Shown here one piece after another: positions 1 through 13,619 of a stretch of 64,000 bases of DNA. The position numbers and the translations under genes are program-made. Location: assembly GCA_951406725.2 (NCBI GenBank), contig OX597817.1:80786001-80850000 (forward strand), written 5' to 3'. Under the pieces are notes generated by a model. That model was not told the DNA's origin. It searched no databases and saw only the letters and a list, made by a program, of their open reading frames with translations. The stretch comes from Octopus vulgaris. Taxonomy: Eukaryota. Each line of letters starts with the position of its first letter. Within the stretch, counting starts at the first letter, position 1.

Positions 1-317
1 TACATATCTGAGATAGGTAGACTTTAAATATATTTTATGCTGTGGTTTGAAACCTATTCTCAGTCGGCTACTGTCCTATCCAGGAAGATATGTCCCACAT
101 CCGTATTGAACAATAACTCTATACATCTGAAATAGGTAGACTTTAAATATATCTTATGCCGCAGTAGGAGACATACTCTCAGTAGAACTATTGTCCTATC
201 CAGGAAGATACATGTCCTTATCGGTATTTAACCATAAATCTATATATCTGAAATATATTTTATGCTGTGATTGGAAACGTACTCTCAGTAGACTACTGAC
301 CTATCCAGGAAGACTAG

Positions 318-411
<94 letters not shown>

Positions 412-570
412 TAGGTAGCCCTTTAGATATATGTTATGTTGTGGTTGGAAACCTATTCTCAGTCGCTACTATCCTATCCTGGAAGACATATATCCCTCAT
501 CCGTATTTGATCGTAATTCTATATATATCTAAGATAGGTAGACTTTAAATATACCTTATACTGTAGTGCA
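1..570. repeat. ~120-bp tandem satellite (about 5 diverged units), interrupted by (TA)n at 319-407
   Basis: Motif TATCTGAGATAGGTAGACTTTAAATAT recurs near 5, 125, 245 (partly deleted), 405 and 526. CCTATCCAGGAAGA recurs near 76, 196, 300 and 473. Confidence 0.85.
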
Positions 571-1088
571 ACCATTTAAGGTTTAAGATAATCTTCTTGT
601 ACTTTAGGATAAATAATCGTTGATCTATATTCACGTAATAACACGCCTCTAATAATTCTTCAAAGACCATTTATTATTTAAGTTTTACATTGATGAGAGA
701 GCACTTCTAGTATGTGGATAATTAAGTATCCCGGAAACATACATACACTAATCACGTACACATCTACCACGTCAAGACATGTCACTACCCCTAATAAAGC
801 CTTTAAATCAGTTATAGGCAGACTGTAGGCCGCTGGGCTTTCTGAATGGCACACCAACGAAAGAATACCTTGAATTTATTTAGTAATACGGTTTTCCTGA
901 TGATAATTCATGTCTCATGCGGCTCGCTTCTCGAAAAATGTTGCTGCTCAGTCCTCTAAAATAGCAAAAAACCTTTCTCATATCACACTTTAAATAACAA
1001 TTAAAAGAAGACCGGATAATCTAGATAATGTAATCTGGGATAAACGATGTATCTGATAAGATGGAATAATAGTGGTGTTATTATTTAT

Positions 1089-1320
1089 TTTTCTCTACTA
1101 CCCACAAGGGGCTAAACACAGAGGAGACAAACAAGGACAGACAAACGGATTAAGTCGATTACATCGACCCCAGTGCGTAACAGGTACTTATTTAATCGAC
1201 CCCGAAAGGATGAAAGGCAAAGTCGACCTCGGCAGAATTTGAACTCAGAACGTAACGACAGACGAAATACCGCTAAGCATTTCGCCCGGCGTGCTAACGT
1301 TTCTGCCAGCTCACCGCCTT
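1089..1320 (-). mobile_element. tRNA-derived SINE, group B (Meta-domain-like core)
   Basis: Minus strand reads AAGGCGGTGAGCTGGCAGAAACGTTAGC...GAGTTCAAATTC (A/B-box-like), then GTCGACTTTGCCTTTCATCCTTTCGGGGTCGATTAAATAAGTACC. Many copies occur in the window. Confidence 0.85.
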
Positions 1321-2529
1321 TTGTGTTATTCTTTGGTGTTATTCTTTAGCTCCCCCAAAACACCACGAAATTGCCAGCTAATTTTAGTAATTCCAATCCA
1401 TCACCGAGGACATCTCTCACGTCCACGTTTTCATTGACTTCAACGCAAATAGTCTCCCTAGTTGGACCATTCTTATGCAAGTGAAACCAAAGCAAGTTTT
1501 CAAAAATTTTAGACTACTCAGAAAAATTACTACATGTCTATAAAGGTTTTTTGAAATGGTTCGTTTTCCACCAGATATCAATATTAGGAAAATTTCTTTA
1601 CAGATTTGGAAGATATAGAAAATATTTGTCTTCAAAATATCACATACATTTTCGTCAAGCACGTCATGCTAAAGGTGAATGGTGACCGAAGACATTGTTG
1701 TCCAGCAAACACATTAGCATTTTCTGGAATTTCAAGTCAATGTAAATAAACACAATGAAGCTTCTCATGGTAATCTTGAGAAATTCAGAGGAATTAGCAC
1801 TTAATATTTTCAAGTAAAAAATGTTTTTGTTCGATGTCATGTACGTCACAGTTTTAGGATCCTCTTCAAAAAATTCAACATACATTCCAGGGAATTTTTT
1901 TTTTCTGTTATACTAGCCTCGGTAGTCAAACATTGCTGTGGAAAATGTATCAATGTAATTCTAGTAAATGCTGACGATTTACAGCTTAGATATTTCATAA
2001 TTTGCCCTGACTGTCGCGTACGTCACGCAAAAAAGGCCCTACTGCATTCCTGCCCTGTACGTTTTTTTTTAAATTTATTTTGAGACAGTGGTGTCCCAAC
2101 AAATCTCTACAATCGATCATTAACCATTGAGCGTCTTTGTGGGAATGTATCTGTTCTTAAGGGTGTCCTTCTGACAAATCCCATGAGAAAGAGGTATAAT
2201 ATTTCATTCTCCGACGTAAGCCACTGACGCAATACGAAATCAAGGCTTATGGCTTATTATTCAACTAACTTATTTCACTCAACGCCGTCCTCTTGGGGTG
2301 CTTTTTTTCTTCATCATATGAAAATGGTAATTACGTAATCGTAATAAAATACTAAACCAAATAAACCGATCGGTTGGCATTGCGACCAGACAAGAGCAAC
2401 ATTCTACATATACTCTATATGGGAAAACTAGGTTCCATCTTTTATCAAATTTTTATGAATTAATGGTCTTTTTCCTCTTTTTAAAATCGTTTTCCCTGTA
2501 TAGTGCATTATCATTAGTGTTATTACTAT

Positions 2530-2623
2530 CATTGCAGTAGTAGTAGTAGTAGTAGTAGTAGCAGCAGCAGCAGTAGCTGCAGGAACAGCAGTAGTAGCAG
2601 CAGCAGCAGTAGCAGTAGTAGTT

Positions 2624-2656
<33 letters not shown>

Positions 2657-2676
2657 ATAGTAGCAGCAGGAACAGC

Positions 2677-2714
<38 letters not shown>

Positions 2715-2747
2715 CAGTTGTAGTAGTGGCAGTAGTAGTAGTAGCAC

Positions 2748-2801
<54 letters not shown>

Positions 2802-2975
2802 CAGCAGCAGCAATATTATCATCAACACTAATATTGTAATAGTAGTAGTAAAAGAAGAAGAATAAAGAGGCGGAGGGGAAGGAGGAGGAGGAGGAAAATT
2901 ATTATTAGTAGTAGTCATAATCATAAGCATAATAATAATAGTTATTATAATAATCATTATTACTATTACTATTAA

Positions 2976-3016
<41 letters not shown>

Positions 3017-3060
3017 GATCATCATCATCATCACCATCATCATTATCATTATCATTATTT
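2530..3060. repeat. Compound trinucleotide array (TAG/CAG)n, (GGA)n, (ATT)n, (CAT)n
   Basis: Seen directly. It explains the poly-Leu ORF at 2529-2957. Confidence 0.95.
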
Positions 3061-3979
3061 CATGTTACATCAACTTATAATTATGTCATTTCTTAACCTC
3101 AAATAAATAACTAATTTTCTTCATGTCCTTCAGTTTAATTTTCTCTTATCTCGAAAATTTTAATAAGATTTCATACACCTTACACATTATTTATAGAATT
3201 TTAAATAAATGCAAATAAATATATAAAATATAAAAAATAAAATCAGACCCCTTTTCCCATAATAGTTATTTGAATATAGATTCCCAAATTTTCGGCTTAA
3301 TTAATATCCAATTGCCGAGCAGTGAAAGAACTGGCTGTACAGAATGAGTGAGTATGGAAGGGTTGTAAAAAGAAAGGAAAAAATGAAAAGTATAAAATTT
3401 GCAGCGTTGTCAAATTCTCTTTCGTTGCTTAGACTTTTTCTATTGTTTTTCAAACGCGTTCTGTTTTAGCTTTTCATTACGTTTTGAATAAAGGAGAGGT
3501 TGTGATGGAGAGAGAAAGAAAAGGATAATAATCTTAATCGTAATTATATTTCAACATTCCGCTTGTCAGTGATAGGTTATTAGGATAGAAAAGAAATTAA
3601 ATTCTACGAGGAATGATATGGAGTGAATGAAAGAACGAATAGCGTAAATTGAAGAAGAGACACCATTTGGTCGAAATGAGCTAAGACTATGAGTGAGTGA
3701 GAGAGTGTAACTTTCATAATCAGAGAAGAGAAAAATAATCAAAAACTATATATAATCACACATATATACACAAGCAAAAACACAGAAGCATATATACAAA
3801 TATATAGGTATGTATATATATACACACAAATATACGCATATACACATGTATATGAATATATATATATATATACATATATGTGTGTGTTTTTGTATGTATG
3901 TATATAAATATTTGTGTCAGTTCCTGCATATGTATGTGTGCATATATATACATATATGTGTGTGTGTGTCTGTACGTAC

Positions 3980-4036
<57 letters not shown>

Positions 4037-4068
4037 TATACATACACATATATGAAATGAGAGAAAGA

Positions 4069-4106
<38 letters not shown>

Positions 4107-4232
4107 AATACTCTATGAATCCACGCATAGACGTACGCATAAACACAGATATTCGTATATGCGTATATATATTTTTTTTTATTTATACATGCATATATAT
4201 ATACTTTGTGTATGTAAATATGTGTTTGCGTC

Positions 4233-4270
<38 letters not shown>

Positions 4271-4300
4271 TATGTCTATATGTATATTTTTACTATGTAG

Positions 4301-4343
<43 letters not shown>

Positions 4344-5114
4344 ATGCATAACACATAATACATAATGAAAACTGTCAACTCGTCGTGATACACGGATAAA
4401 TTATATTGCTGATCCAAAATGTGATACAAGCGAAGCCACCATCGATTCAAGACATGGCTGCCATCTTGATTTCGCTTCAAAATAATGAATGTTTGTAAGA
4501 AATACGCGAAATTATACCCAATTATCCTACAGGATTTTTCATTTCGTGTTTGCTTTTTGTTGATTTTGCTTAAAGAAATTTTTGCTACCCCCCTAAAAGA
4601 GTTATTACACATTGTGTATATGAAATATGCCGGCTGGGAATCACATTAGACATTTGTAAAGACAATACCTTATTGTTCTGTTGAGAACACCCCCTGGTGT
4701 CGGCTTTCCCATTTCTTCCTTCCGAGATCGATACAATAAGTACGAATCAATTACAGGAGTCGATTCCTTTTGTCACAAAGTTTTAGACTTGTGCCTAAGT
4801 TAGAAACTATTATAGTTCTAGTTAGACTACGCGGTCGATCGCCTTGCTAGAAATAACTGCTAAATGACAATCACATTCTCGTTCTTTGTTTAAGAAAGAC
4901 GCAAAAACCACTGAATAAAAGACCAGTTGTCAAATGATAGGGTAAGGGGGAAACGTAAAAGCAAAGACATACACATACAGCCACACACAACATACGCACA
5001 CACATATATGTGTGTGTATATATATATACATGCATACATACATACATACATACATACATACATACATACATACATACATACATACATACATACATACATA
5101 CATACGTATACGCA

Positions 5115-5265
5115 TGGCTCAGGGAGTAGAGCGTCGGACTCTCAATTCCCAGACAGGGCTGTGCGTTGTGTTCTTGAGCAAGACACTTTATCTCATGCTG
5201 CTTCAGTTCACTCTGCTGTAGAAACGTGTTGCGACGTCACCCATTCCAAACTATATCGACCTTTG
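5115..5265 (+). mobile_element. Degraded CORE-like SINE
   Basis: GGCTCAGGGAGTAGAGCG head, then GTTGTGTTCTTGAGCAAGACACTTTA, also seen in the copy at 56856-57102. Confidence 0.6.
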
Positions 5266-5323
5266 TATATATATACATACGAACATACACACTTACATGT
5301 ATATAGATATGTATGTATATGCA

Positions 5324-5367
<44 letters not shown>

Positions 5368-5399
5368 GTAGTTTTTTGTGAAGCAATATAGTTGTGTAA

Positions 5400-6155
5400 A
5401 GCCAGAACAATGCGAGAAGGTCCAAAGTAAACTGCAAAATGAAAAGAAAACGGAACGAAGTTACAATTTTACTTTGTTTTGCTATATTTCGGGGTGAAGA
5501 CCCCGTCTTCAGGACATTCAGAAAAGCTGTGGTTAGAATAAGTTTATTGCTCAGGTGTGTGTAGGGGGAAGGAGAAGGGACAGGGAAGGAAGGACGAAGG
5601 TGACATGCGCGGAGTGTTGTTACTATAGCAACCAGTCTGTTTCGTACACTTCCTTCCAGTTATTAATGGCTGGTATCATTTTTTTTTATAAGGAGGGCTT
5701 CCATAATTCTGAAATTGTTCCTGTTGTGTGATATATATAAAATCTATCGGTTATAGAATACGATGTATTATAGAATTTTAGAGTGTATGCCAAGATTGTA
5801 CCTCTTTGGATCACAGGCACAATATACCCACAGGCTTCTACACAATTTCGGTCAACCTAATTTTACTCACAATGTATGGCTCCACACGAGGGCATTGAAA
5901 ACATTTGTGCAAAATGCCATGCAACGGGTTCCAACACGGGATCTTGTGATTGTAAACTGAACATTTTATCCTTTAAAAATACTGATCCAACACACACCGG
6001 ACGCTTGCCGCTGAAGAAGCTCAGTATGCTGAAATCTCGTGGTCTAGCATTTCTGTCACCCATACCATCGATTCTTGTCTGCTCCTATATATGTCGGTGC
6101 TTTTATACACTATGCGTCTATATGAGAAGACTTTTAAAGGCGAACATGTTAATTT
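5400..6155 (-). mobile_element. Penelope-like element 3' remnant (GIY-YIG C-terminus and terminal repeat with hammerhead-like core)
   Basis: Minus frames give SCGAIH and NFRIMEALLIKKMIPAINNW. Downstream, CTGAAGA-C-GGGG-TCTTCA-CCCC-GAAATATA lies at 5483-5512. Confidence 0.65.
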
Positions 6156-6230
<75 letters not shown>

Positions 6231-6914
6231 ACATACATACATAGTTCCTTATATTTTATAAGCATAAATTTATCATTTCTGTGCCAATGAACATGGGAAC
6301 GCCCTGTAAAGCGAAACAGAGGACATTTCCACTAGCTTCAGTTGGTAAATGCCTGCACATCAGGAGCTCATACTCAATTAATTTGACAGAAAGAGAAAGC
6401 CCCTTGCGACTGGTTGTGGAAAGAGCTCTTAGGAACAAGAACTGGCATTATTTATCCGTATGCCGATACATTCATTATTGTCGGTAAAGAAACTATGCGA
6501 TTATATCCTTATATCAAAATATATTAGCCAACTCAAGGCTGCAGCATAAGACAGCTTACGCAAAGTACTGCATAGTAATATCGAATCCGGTACCTTGTGG
6601 GTATGAAACGATTATGTTAGCCTAACAGATACATTTATACAGTAAAAGACACTTTCACCAATGCCTTCTTAGTCGATGTGGTAGACGGAAATAGAAAGAA
6701 GCCGATCAAATACAAACATACGGACAGACAGATAAAGAGAGAGCAGAAAGAGAGAGAAAGAGACAGATAGATAGATGTGTCATCATTGTCTTTGCTTTTA
6801 TCCCAAACAAACCTTGGCCACCAATGCTGGTTTTTTAACGTTCTTGCAACTTAGCGATTTGAACTTAGTGAATTTGATAGGAGGAAACTGAAAGAAACTC
6901 GTCGCATATATATA

Positions 6915-7012
<98 letters not shown>

Positions 7013-7991
7013 CATAATACAAATAATATATATATGTACATACATAATATAAATTATATAAATATATATATACATGATATAAATAATATATATATATGTG
7101 CATATATACATACGTATACGTACATACTTACATGTATACGTATATACATGTGCATATGTGGGAACAGGACATCACAAAACGTAAACAACAAAAAATACGA
7201 AGTATGATGACATGGAATATGAACTTTTTTGCGAACAGCGAAAGAAACAAATGGAAAACAAGGCAACCAACAAAAAGAACGACCTTTCATCAGCTGTCGG
7301 CTGTTTTTTAATCCGTATTTCGAGCAATTCACGACAACATACGCCTTCAATAAAACAGTTGCTTCTGCAAGGGAAATTAAATAAAATTTGAGATTTTCCG
7401 GAGGGCCAAATTGTTGACAAAACAGAACAGTTAAAACAAACAGGAAGGGCTACTAAGCCTAAACGAGGTTGTGGTGGCGAAGGCGAAGAAACAAGCGTGG
7501 ACGGGAGACAGACAAGAATACGTCTTCCTTGTCCAGCTGCAACAGGAAGAAAGAATGAAACACAAGTTAAGCTGAGAAAGAAAGATGGCCGAGAGTCACG
7601 TGGGAGCCACGTGAGTAAAGGAAGAAGAGTGAGGGAGAGAGAGTGACAGACAGAGAATTGTGAATGGTAGGGGAAAAGGTTTGGAGATAGGATAAGTTAG
7701 AAAAAAGAGAGGGAGAAGTGGAGGTAAAAGAAGAGAAAGGAAAGGAGAAAAAGAAAGAGTAAGAGGATAGAATAGTGGGAGAAGTGGCGGTAAAAGAGTA
7801 AGAGAAAGGAAGAGAGAAAAGTGTAAATGCTGGAGCACCGCCTTTAGTCGAACAAATCGACCCAAGGACTTTGTAAGCCCAGTACTTAACTATCGGTTCC
7901 TTTTACTGAAATCCACTAAGTTACGGGGACGTAAATACACCAACATCGGTTGCCAAGCGATGGTGGCGGGTTAAACGCAGACATACAAATA

Positions 7992-8080
<89 letters not shown>

Positions 8081-8154
8081 CGGGAAGCTTTATGAAAATA
8101 GACAAAAGACGAAGGCAGGTGGAAAACATGTATATATATATATATATATATATA

Positions 8155-9387
8155 TAGGAGCTGGACAAAATAATGGAAACACCTAGTATCATAGCATCAT
8201 AATTTTAAAATATCTATAAAACCATCAAAAGCTTGTTTATTTTTATGTTTTTTAATTTATTATTAGTGTTGCTTAATATGTTTTGCTACAATTGCTGTTT
8301 CTTTTCAGATATCATCAGAAAAAGCTAATTAAAATTCATTAAAATGACAGATCTATCGGACTTTGAAAGAGGTCAAATTGTTGGTGCTCGTGTTGCAGGC
8401 GCTAGCGTAAGGAAAACAGCCGAAATGTTTGGCGTATCAAAAAGTACTGTCTTGAAAGTAATGACAGCCTTCGAGAAAGAAGGAAAAAACCTCCTCGTCG
8501 AAACAAAACTCCCGAAGAAAACGAAAACTTTCAGACAGGGACCATCCGAATCTTACGCGAATTGTTAGAAAGGATCACAAAAGTACAGCTGCCAAAATTA
8601 CTGCAGAGCTTAATGACCACCTCCAGAACCCAGTTTCCACAAAAACTGTTCGCATGGAGCTAAACAAAGCTATATTTCACGGAAGGGCTGCAATCAGAAA
8701 ACTACTACTTTCAAAAACAAATGTTGCAAAGCGTTTAAAGGGGAGTAGAAACCTACAGAATTGGTTCCTAGAGCAGTGGAAGAATATTATTTTCTGGGAC
8801 GAGTCCTCCTTTACCTTATTTCCGACCACCAACCGAGTATACGCGTGGAGACAGCCAGAAGAAGCATTTGATCCAGACTGTCTTCTTCCAACTGTTAAAC
8901 ATGGAGGAGGATCTGTGATAATCTGACGGGGAGGGGGCTATATCTTGAAAATCCACCGGCATAATAGTTTCCCTTCATGGTAGAATTAATAATTTTATCT
9001 GATCAAATTCAACCTATGGTTGCGGAACTGTTTCCAGGGGGAAACGCAATCTTTCAGAATGATAATGCACCAATACACACAGTTGTTATTGATTGGCACG
9101 AGGAACATTCTAGTGAAGTTGAACATCTTATCTGGCACCCACAGTCCCTCGACCTCAATATTATTGAACATTCATGGTGCATTTTAGAAAAACAAGTCAT
9201 AACTACAAGAACTGGAGACTATTTTAGCTGAAGAATGGACAAAAATACATTGGAAACAATTCGAACTTTGTATGAGTCCACACCTCGTAGAATTCAAGTG
9301 TAATTACTGCCGAAGGCGGTCCTACCCCATATTAAAATAAATTTGTTTGAAATTTTAAGGTATTTCCATTATTTTGTCCAACCCCTG
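8155..9387 (+). mobile_element. Full-length defective Tc1 DNA transposon (~1.23 kb)
   Basis: ~30-bp TIRs TAGGAGCTGGACAAAATAATGGAAACACCT / AGGTATTTCCATTATTTTGTCCAACCCCTG, flanked by TA, with a transposase remnant inside. Confidence 0.95.
8344..9335 (+). pseudogene. Tc1 (DD34E-type) transposase pseudogene, frameshifted
   Basis: MTDLSDFERGQIVGAR (HTH), IIFWDESSF, TVKHGGGSV, IFQNDNAPIH and WHPQSLDLNIIEH, spread over three frames. Confidence 0.93.
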
Positions 9388-9599
9388 TATATATATACAA
9401 CTGGCTTGTTTCAGTTTCCGTCTACCAAATCCACTCACAAGCCTTTGGTCTGCCCGATGCTATGGTAGAAACACCCGCCCAAGGTTCCACGTAGTGGGAC
9501 TGAACCTGGAACCATGTGGTTAGTAAGCAAGTTTTACCACACTATATACATATATATATATGCATGCATGTGTGTATATTTGTGTGTAAGTGTGTGTGT

Positions 9600-9830
9600 G
9601 TGTATACTTTTTTGCCTGTCTGTCCCACCACCACTATTGACAACCGGTACTAGTTTGCAGACGTCCTCGTTTAACTAGCGGCTCGGAAAATGAGATCGAT
9701 AGAATAAGAACCAGGTTTTATAAAACATAAAGCAAGTGCTAGGGTCGATTCAATCGACTAAAAGAAATTCTTCAAGCTGATGCACCAGCATGGCCGCAGT
9801 CCAATGACTGAAACAGATAAAAGACATAAG
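9600..9830 (+). mobile_element. Group A SINE, 3' half
   Basis: GATAGAATAAG...GGGTCGATT...CAGCATGGCCGCAGTC..ATGACTGAAAC matches the tail of 58913-59301. Confidence 0.7.
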
Positions 9831-10466
9831 ATGTGAGTATTAGAACCAAGGAACCGACTCCTATTTTTTATCTCAAACATCTAAAAATCATACCCAAACA
9901 TCTATTTTTTTTCGTTTTTTTTTTTTTCATGTTTTACTTTACCTCTTTTATTTTCTACTGAAGTTTTGTAGGACGTTATTAGTTTTCTTTACCATTTTTT
10001 AACTCATATTCTTCAATTTTTTATATGTTCGTGTGTATTCTGTGAAACTATATTAATGTAGAAGATAATTGATAATCCGAACACGAATCGACATAAAGTG
10101 AAGATTTCTTTTTTTTTTATTTACATATATTTCTTTTCTCTTTTAGTTATGCTTCTTTTTATGAGTTAATGCGTTTGTTTGAGGCTGTGTTTGTGTTTAT
10201 GTGATGTGACTGAGTGACTGTATATGTCTGGTTTGCCACTGTGCGCATGTGCGTGTATGTCTGTGTTTGCTGTACAGTAGTGCCCAGGGAATATGCGTTG
10301 ACATTTTAATAAGGCGCAAAAAATTAGCCTATCAGGTCAGTGTAATTACATTGAGAGAGAGAGACAAGTTTGACATTGGTTGGGGAGGTGTTGTTCAGCG
10401 GACAAAATCTTAGTAAATACATTATATATATATGTGTGTGTGTGTGTGTATACATATATAAATGTA

Positions 10467-10536
<70 letters not shown>

Positions 10537-10546
10537 CGTATGTACG

Positions 10547-10641
<95 letters not shown>

Positions 10642-10936
10642 CATATGCATATATATGAGTGTGTGTGTGTGTCTGTGTGTCTGTGTGTGTAATATATAGA
10701 TAGGTAGTTAGATTCACACATTTACAGATGTATTAGTTAGGTATAGTGAATAAGAGCTGGCGAACCCTGCGGGAAACGAAGGTTCGTGAGTCCAATCTCA
10801 GCCCGAGAACATGTACTTACTTATACATGACACCTGATGACGAATGGAAAAGAAGAAACAGAAGAAAAAAACAACCAATGATGAGGTTAACAGTCAGAAA
10901 AAATTTTTTTTTCATTAGTAGTGACACTAACTGATC

Positions 10937-10979
<43 letters not shown>

Positions 10980-11633
10980 ACAGAGAGAAAGAGAGAGAGA
11001 GGGGTATATAACCATACATTTATGTATGCAGGACATTATTCAGTGTTTGTATCTTTATCGTTCTCGTAGAGAGCATAATTATTGAAAACACAGAACACAA
11101 CAGAGAGTGATAAGTTTCTGACGAGGCACGATAGAAATTATTATTTGAGTATGAGGGAAGAGGAGTAGAAGAGGGCGAGGATGGGGGAGGAAGAGGAGGA
11201 AGAGGAGGAAAGGGGTGGCGGGAAAGGGTAATTAAAGAGAGGGTGTTGTCTGTATCGACGTCAGAGGGATCTGAGTTCAAAACGTTCGTAAAATGAAGGA
11301 GTCCTGGTGTGCATGGTATTGTGTGTAAGAATAAATGTATGTATATACATAAATATATATAATTGTATATATACATATTATGCATATACATATATATTAT
11401 GATGTATACATACATATATATATATGCATACAAGTATATACATACGTAATATATGATGAACACAGGTTTATAACATCTGTTCCCTACGTACGTTTCAACG
11501 TTTCGATTTTTACAACTTCTGCAATGGATGTTCTAAGCTCAGTTAGATGCTGAAACGCAACAGATCGTTAATGGAACATTTTTTGTATTGTCTTACATAG
11601 ATCAAATGCCTTCCAGTTGTACACATGTAGAGA

Positions 11634-11680
<47 letters not shown>

Positions 11681-11683
<3 letters not shown>

Positions 11684-11879
11684 AATTAAGGACTGAACAC
11701 GAAAAGTGGACAGTCAACATGCTAGATATAGACGTCAAATCGCCATTCACCACAAAAGATTATGTTCTCAGATCAAACTCAGTTTGATCTGAGAACATAA
11801 TCTTTTGTGGTGAATGGCGATTTGACGTCTATATCTAGCATGTTGACTGTCTACTTTTCGTGTTCAGTCCTTAATTGGT
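11681..11879. repeat. Near-perfect 199-bp palindrome (99-bp arms, 1-nt loop, one mismatch)
   Basis: ACCAATTAAGGACTGAAC...GATCAAACT-C-AGTTTGATC...GTTCAGTCCTTAATTGGT, with TA repeats on both sides. Confidence 0.95.
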
Positions 11880-11963
11880 ATATATAAATATTTTAATCTT
11901 CGGATTCTTTTTTAATATGCTAGACCACTGGTCTTAATTGATAAATATCAATTTCTACCCTTA

Positions 11964-12045
<82 letters not shown>

Positions 12046-12747
12046 CATATATACATATATATGTATATATACATGTATATATGTATACATACATACATGC
12101 ATACATACATATATACATAGTTGAGGTATATCTATATTGTACAATGCATGTGTCCTGAGTTGATCTGTACGCATCATAAAACTATGTGGACAATATGTAA
12201 CAGTTCAATTATTCGTACGTCGTTAAACTCCAGTACAATGCAATAAACACTGAAAGAATAAACCTGCACGTATATAGATGATTGGCAAATACGATAGTTG
12301 AAAGTAACATATTTAGAATAGATCGCAGTGGGAAAGAATACATTTTACATAAGGTTATTAATGATCTCTGCCTCAATACAGCAGAAAGACCGTCCTTAAT
12401 TGTAATTATATAATTAACATACATAATTCATTCAAGCGTAACAGGTTACCCAGAGAAAGATAGATATATTTAATTACGTATGTAGTTTAGTTACAGAATT
12501 ATATAAATGATGATGTTAATATGAAGCATATTAGAGTCATGGACAGGCGAGATAACTCATCCTCAGTCGTAAGACTCTAAGGTGTTTTAACACCGGCGAC
12601 ATGAGAGTTATATACTCAGCTACGCCATTGCAGGCACTGGAAAATACACAAAATATATACATTGGTATATGTATTTAATAATATTTATTATACTAGAGAT
12701 GTTTTTACTTCATATATACATGTATATATGTGTCCGTGCGCAATATA

Positions 12748-12820
<73 letters not shown>

Positions 12821-12839
12821 AGAGAGAGAGAGAGAGAGA

Positions 12840-13110
12840 GAGCGAAAGTCAATCCAAACATGAACGAGCAAGAAAAAACAACATCGCCAGGACGTGGAAT
12901 AAGTACAGTGTTACTGGACGCTCAGGAGAGGAAAGAAAAAAAAGACGATTTCACGTTTTGAGCGGAGCTCTTCGTCAGAAATATAGAAAAAGTCCAAAGA
13001 AGGGAAGACGGAGAAAGAAAATCGCCAACGATACACACGCGGTCGCGTATTGAAATAACCGGAAGGGAATGGCTGAAGAAAAAGTTCTTTCTAAGAAAGG
13101 TGAATGCAAG
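12840..13110 (-). mobile_element. Short Penelope-terminus-like element
   Basis: Minus strand CTGACGAAGAGCTCCGCTCAAAACGT. Homologous to 23300-23505 and 48500-48700. Confidence 0.6.
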
Positions 13111-13619
13111 AGAAGGAAATATGTGTGTATATCTGTGGGTATGTGCGTGCGCATAGGTTTGTAAGTGGAGGGGGTAACGATAGCACGTGTATGTGCGTGT
13201 GTGTGTATGTGTGTGTGTGGATGTGGCTGTTTATGTATGTGTGTGGTTGGACTAGAGTCACTTAAGGTCGTAGGAAGAATTTATAGTAAGAATTTTGTAG
13301 GAGTGGCTGTCTGTTGTGTATCTACCTACACACGTGCGTAGGAGAATGGTCAGTAGGTGTTTAACTGGCAGTTTCAAGTATGTGTGTGTGCATGTATGTA
13401 TATGTAGTATGTGTGTTTTGTGTGCAGTGTGTGTCCGTGTGTGTGTATTTATGTGTGTGTACGTGTGGGTATGTGTGTACGCGTGAGGGGTTGTGCCTGT
13501 GGAGTAAATGTAAGTTACTCTTGTGTGTTTGTGCGTGTGTGTGCTTGTATGGGGTGTGTGTGTGTCCAGGTAGGTATAATTGTGTGCGTGTATGTATGAG
13601 GGTGTGTTGCGTGTGTTTG

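Larger units (their letters stand above)
7826..9543 (-). mobile_element. Group A SINE (CORE-like, internal microsatellite) split by the Tc1 insertion
   Basis: The 3' half (7826-7990) and 5' half (9398-9543) match the complete copy at 52636-53043 in the same orientation and order. Confidence 0.8.

Noticed and set aside
10833-10862. CTGATGA...GAAAC hammerhead candidate
   Set aside because: The purine-rich spacer cannot form stem II, and no cleavage triplet or stem I follows.
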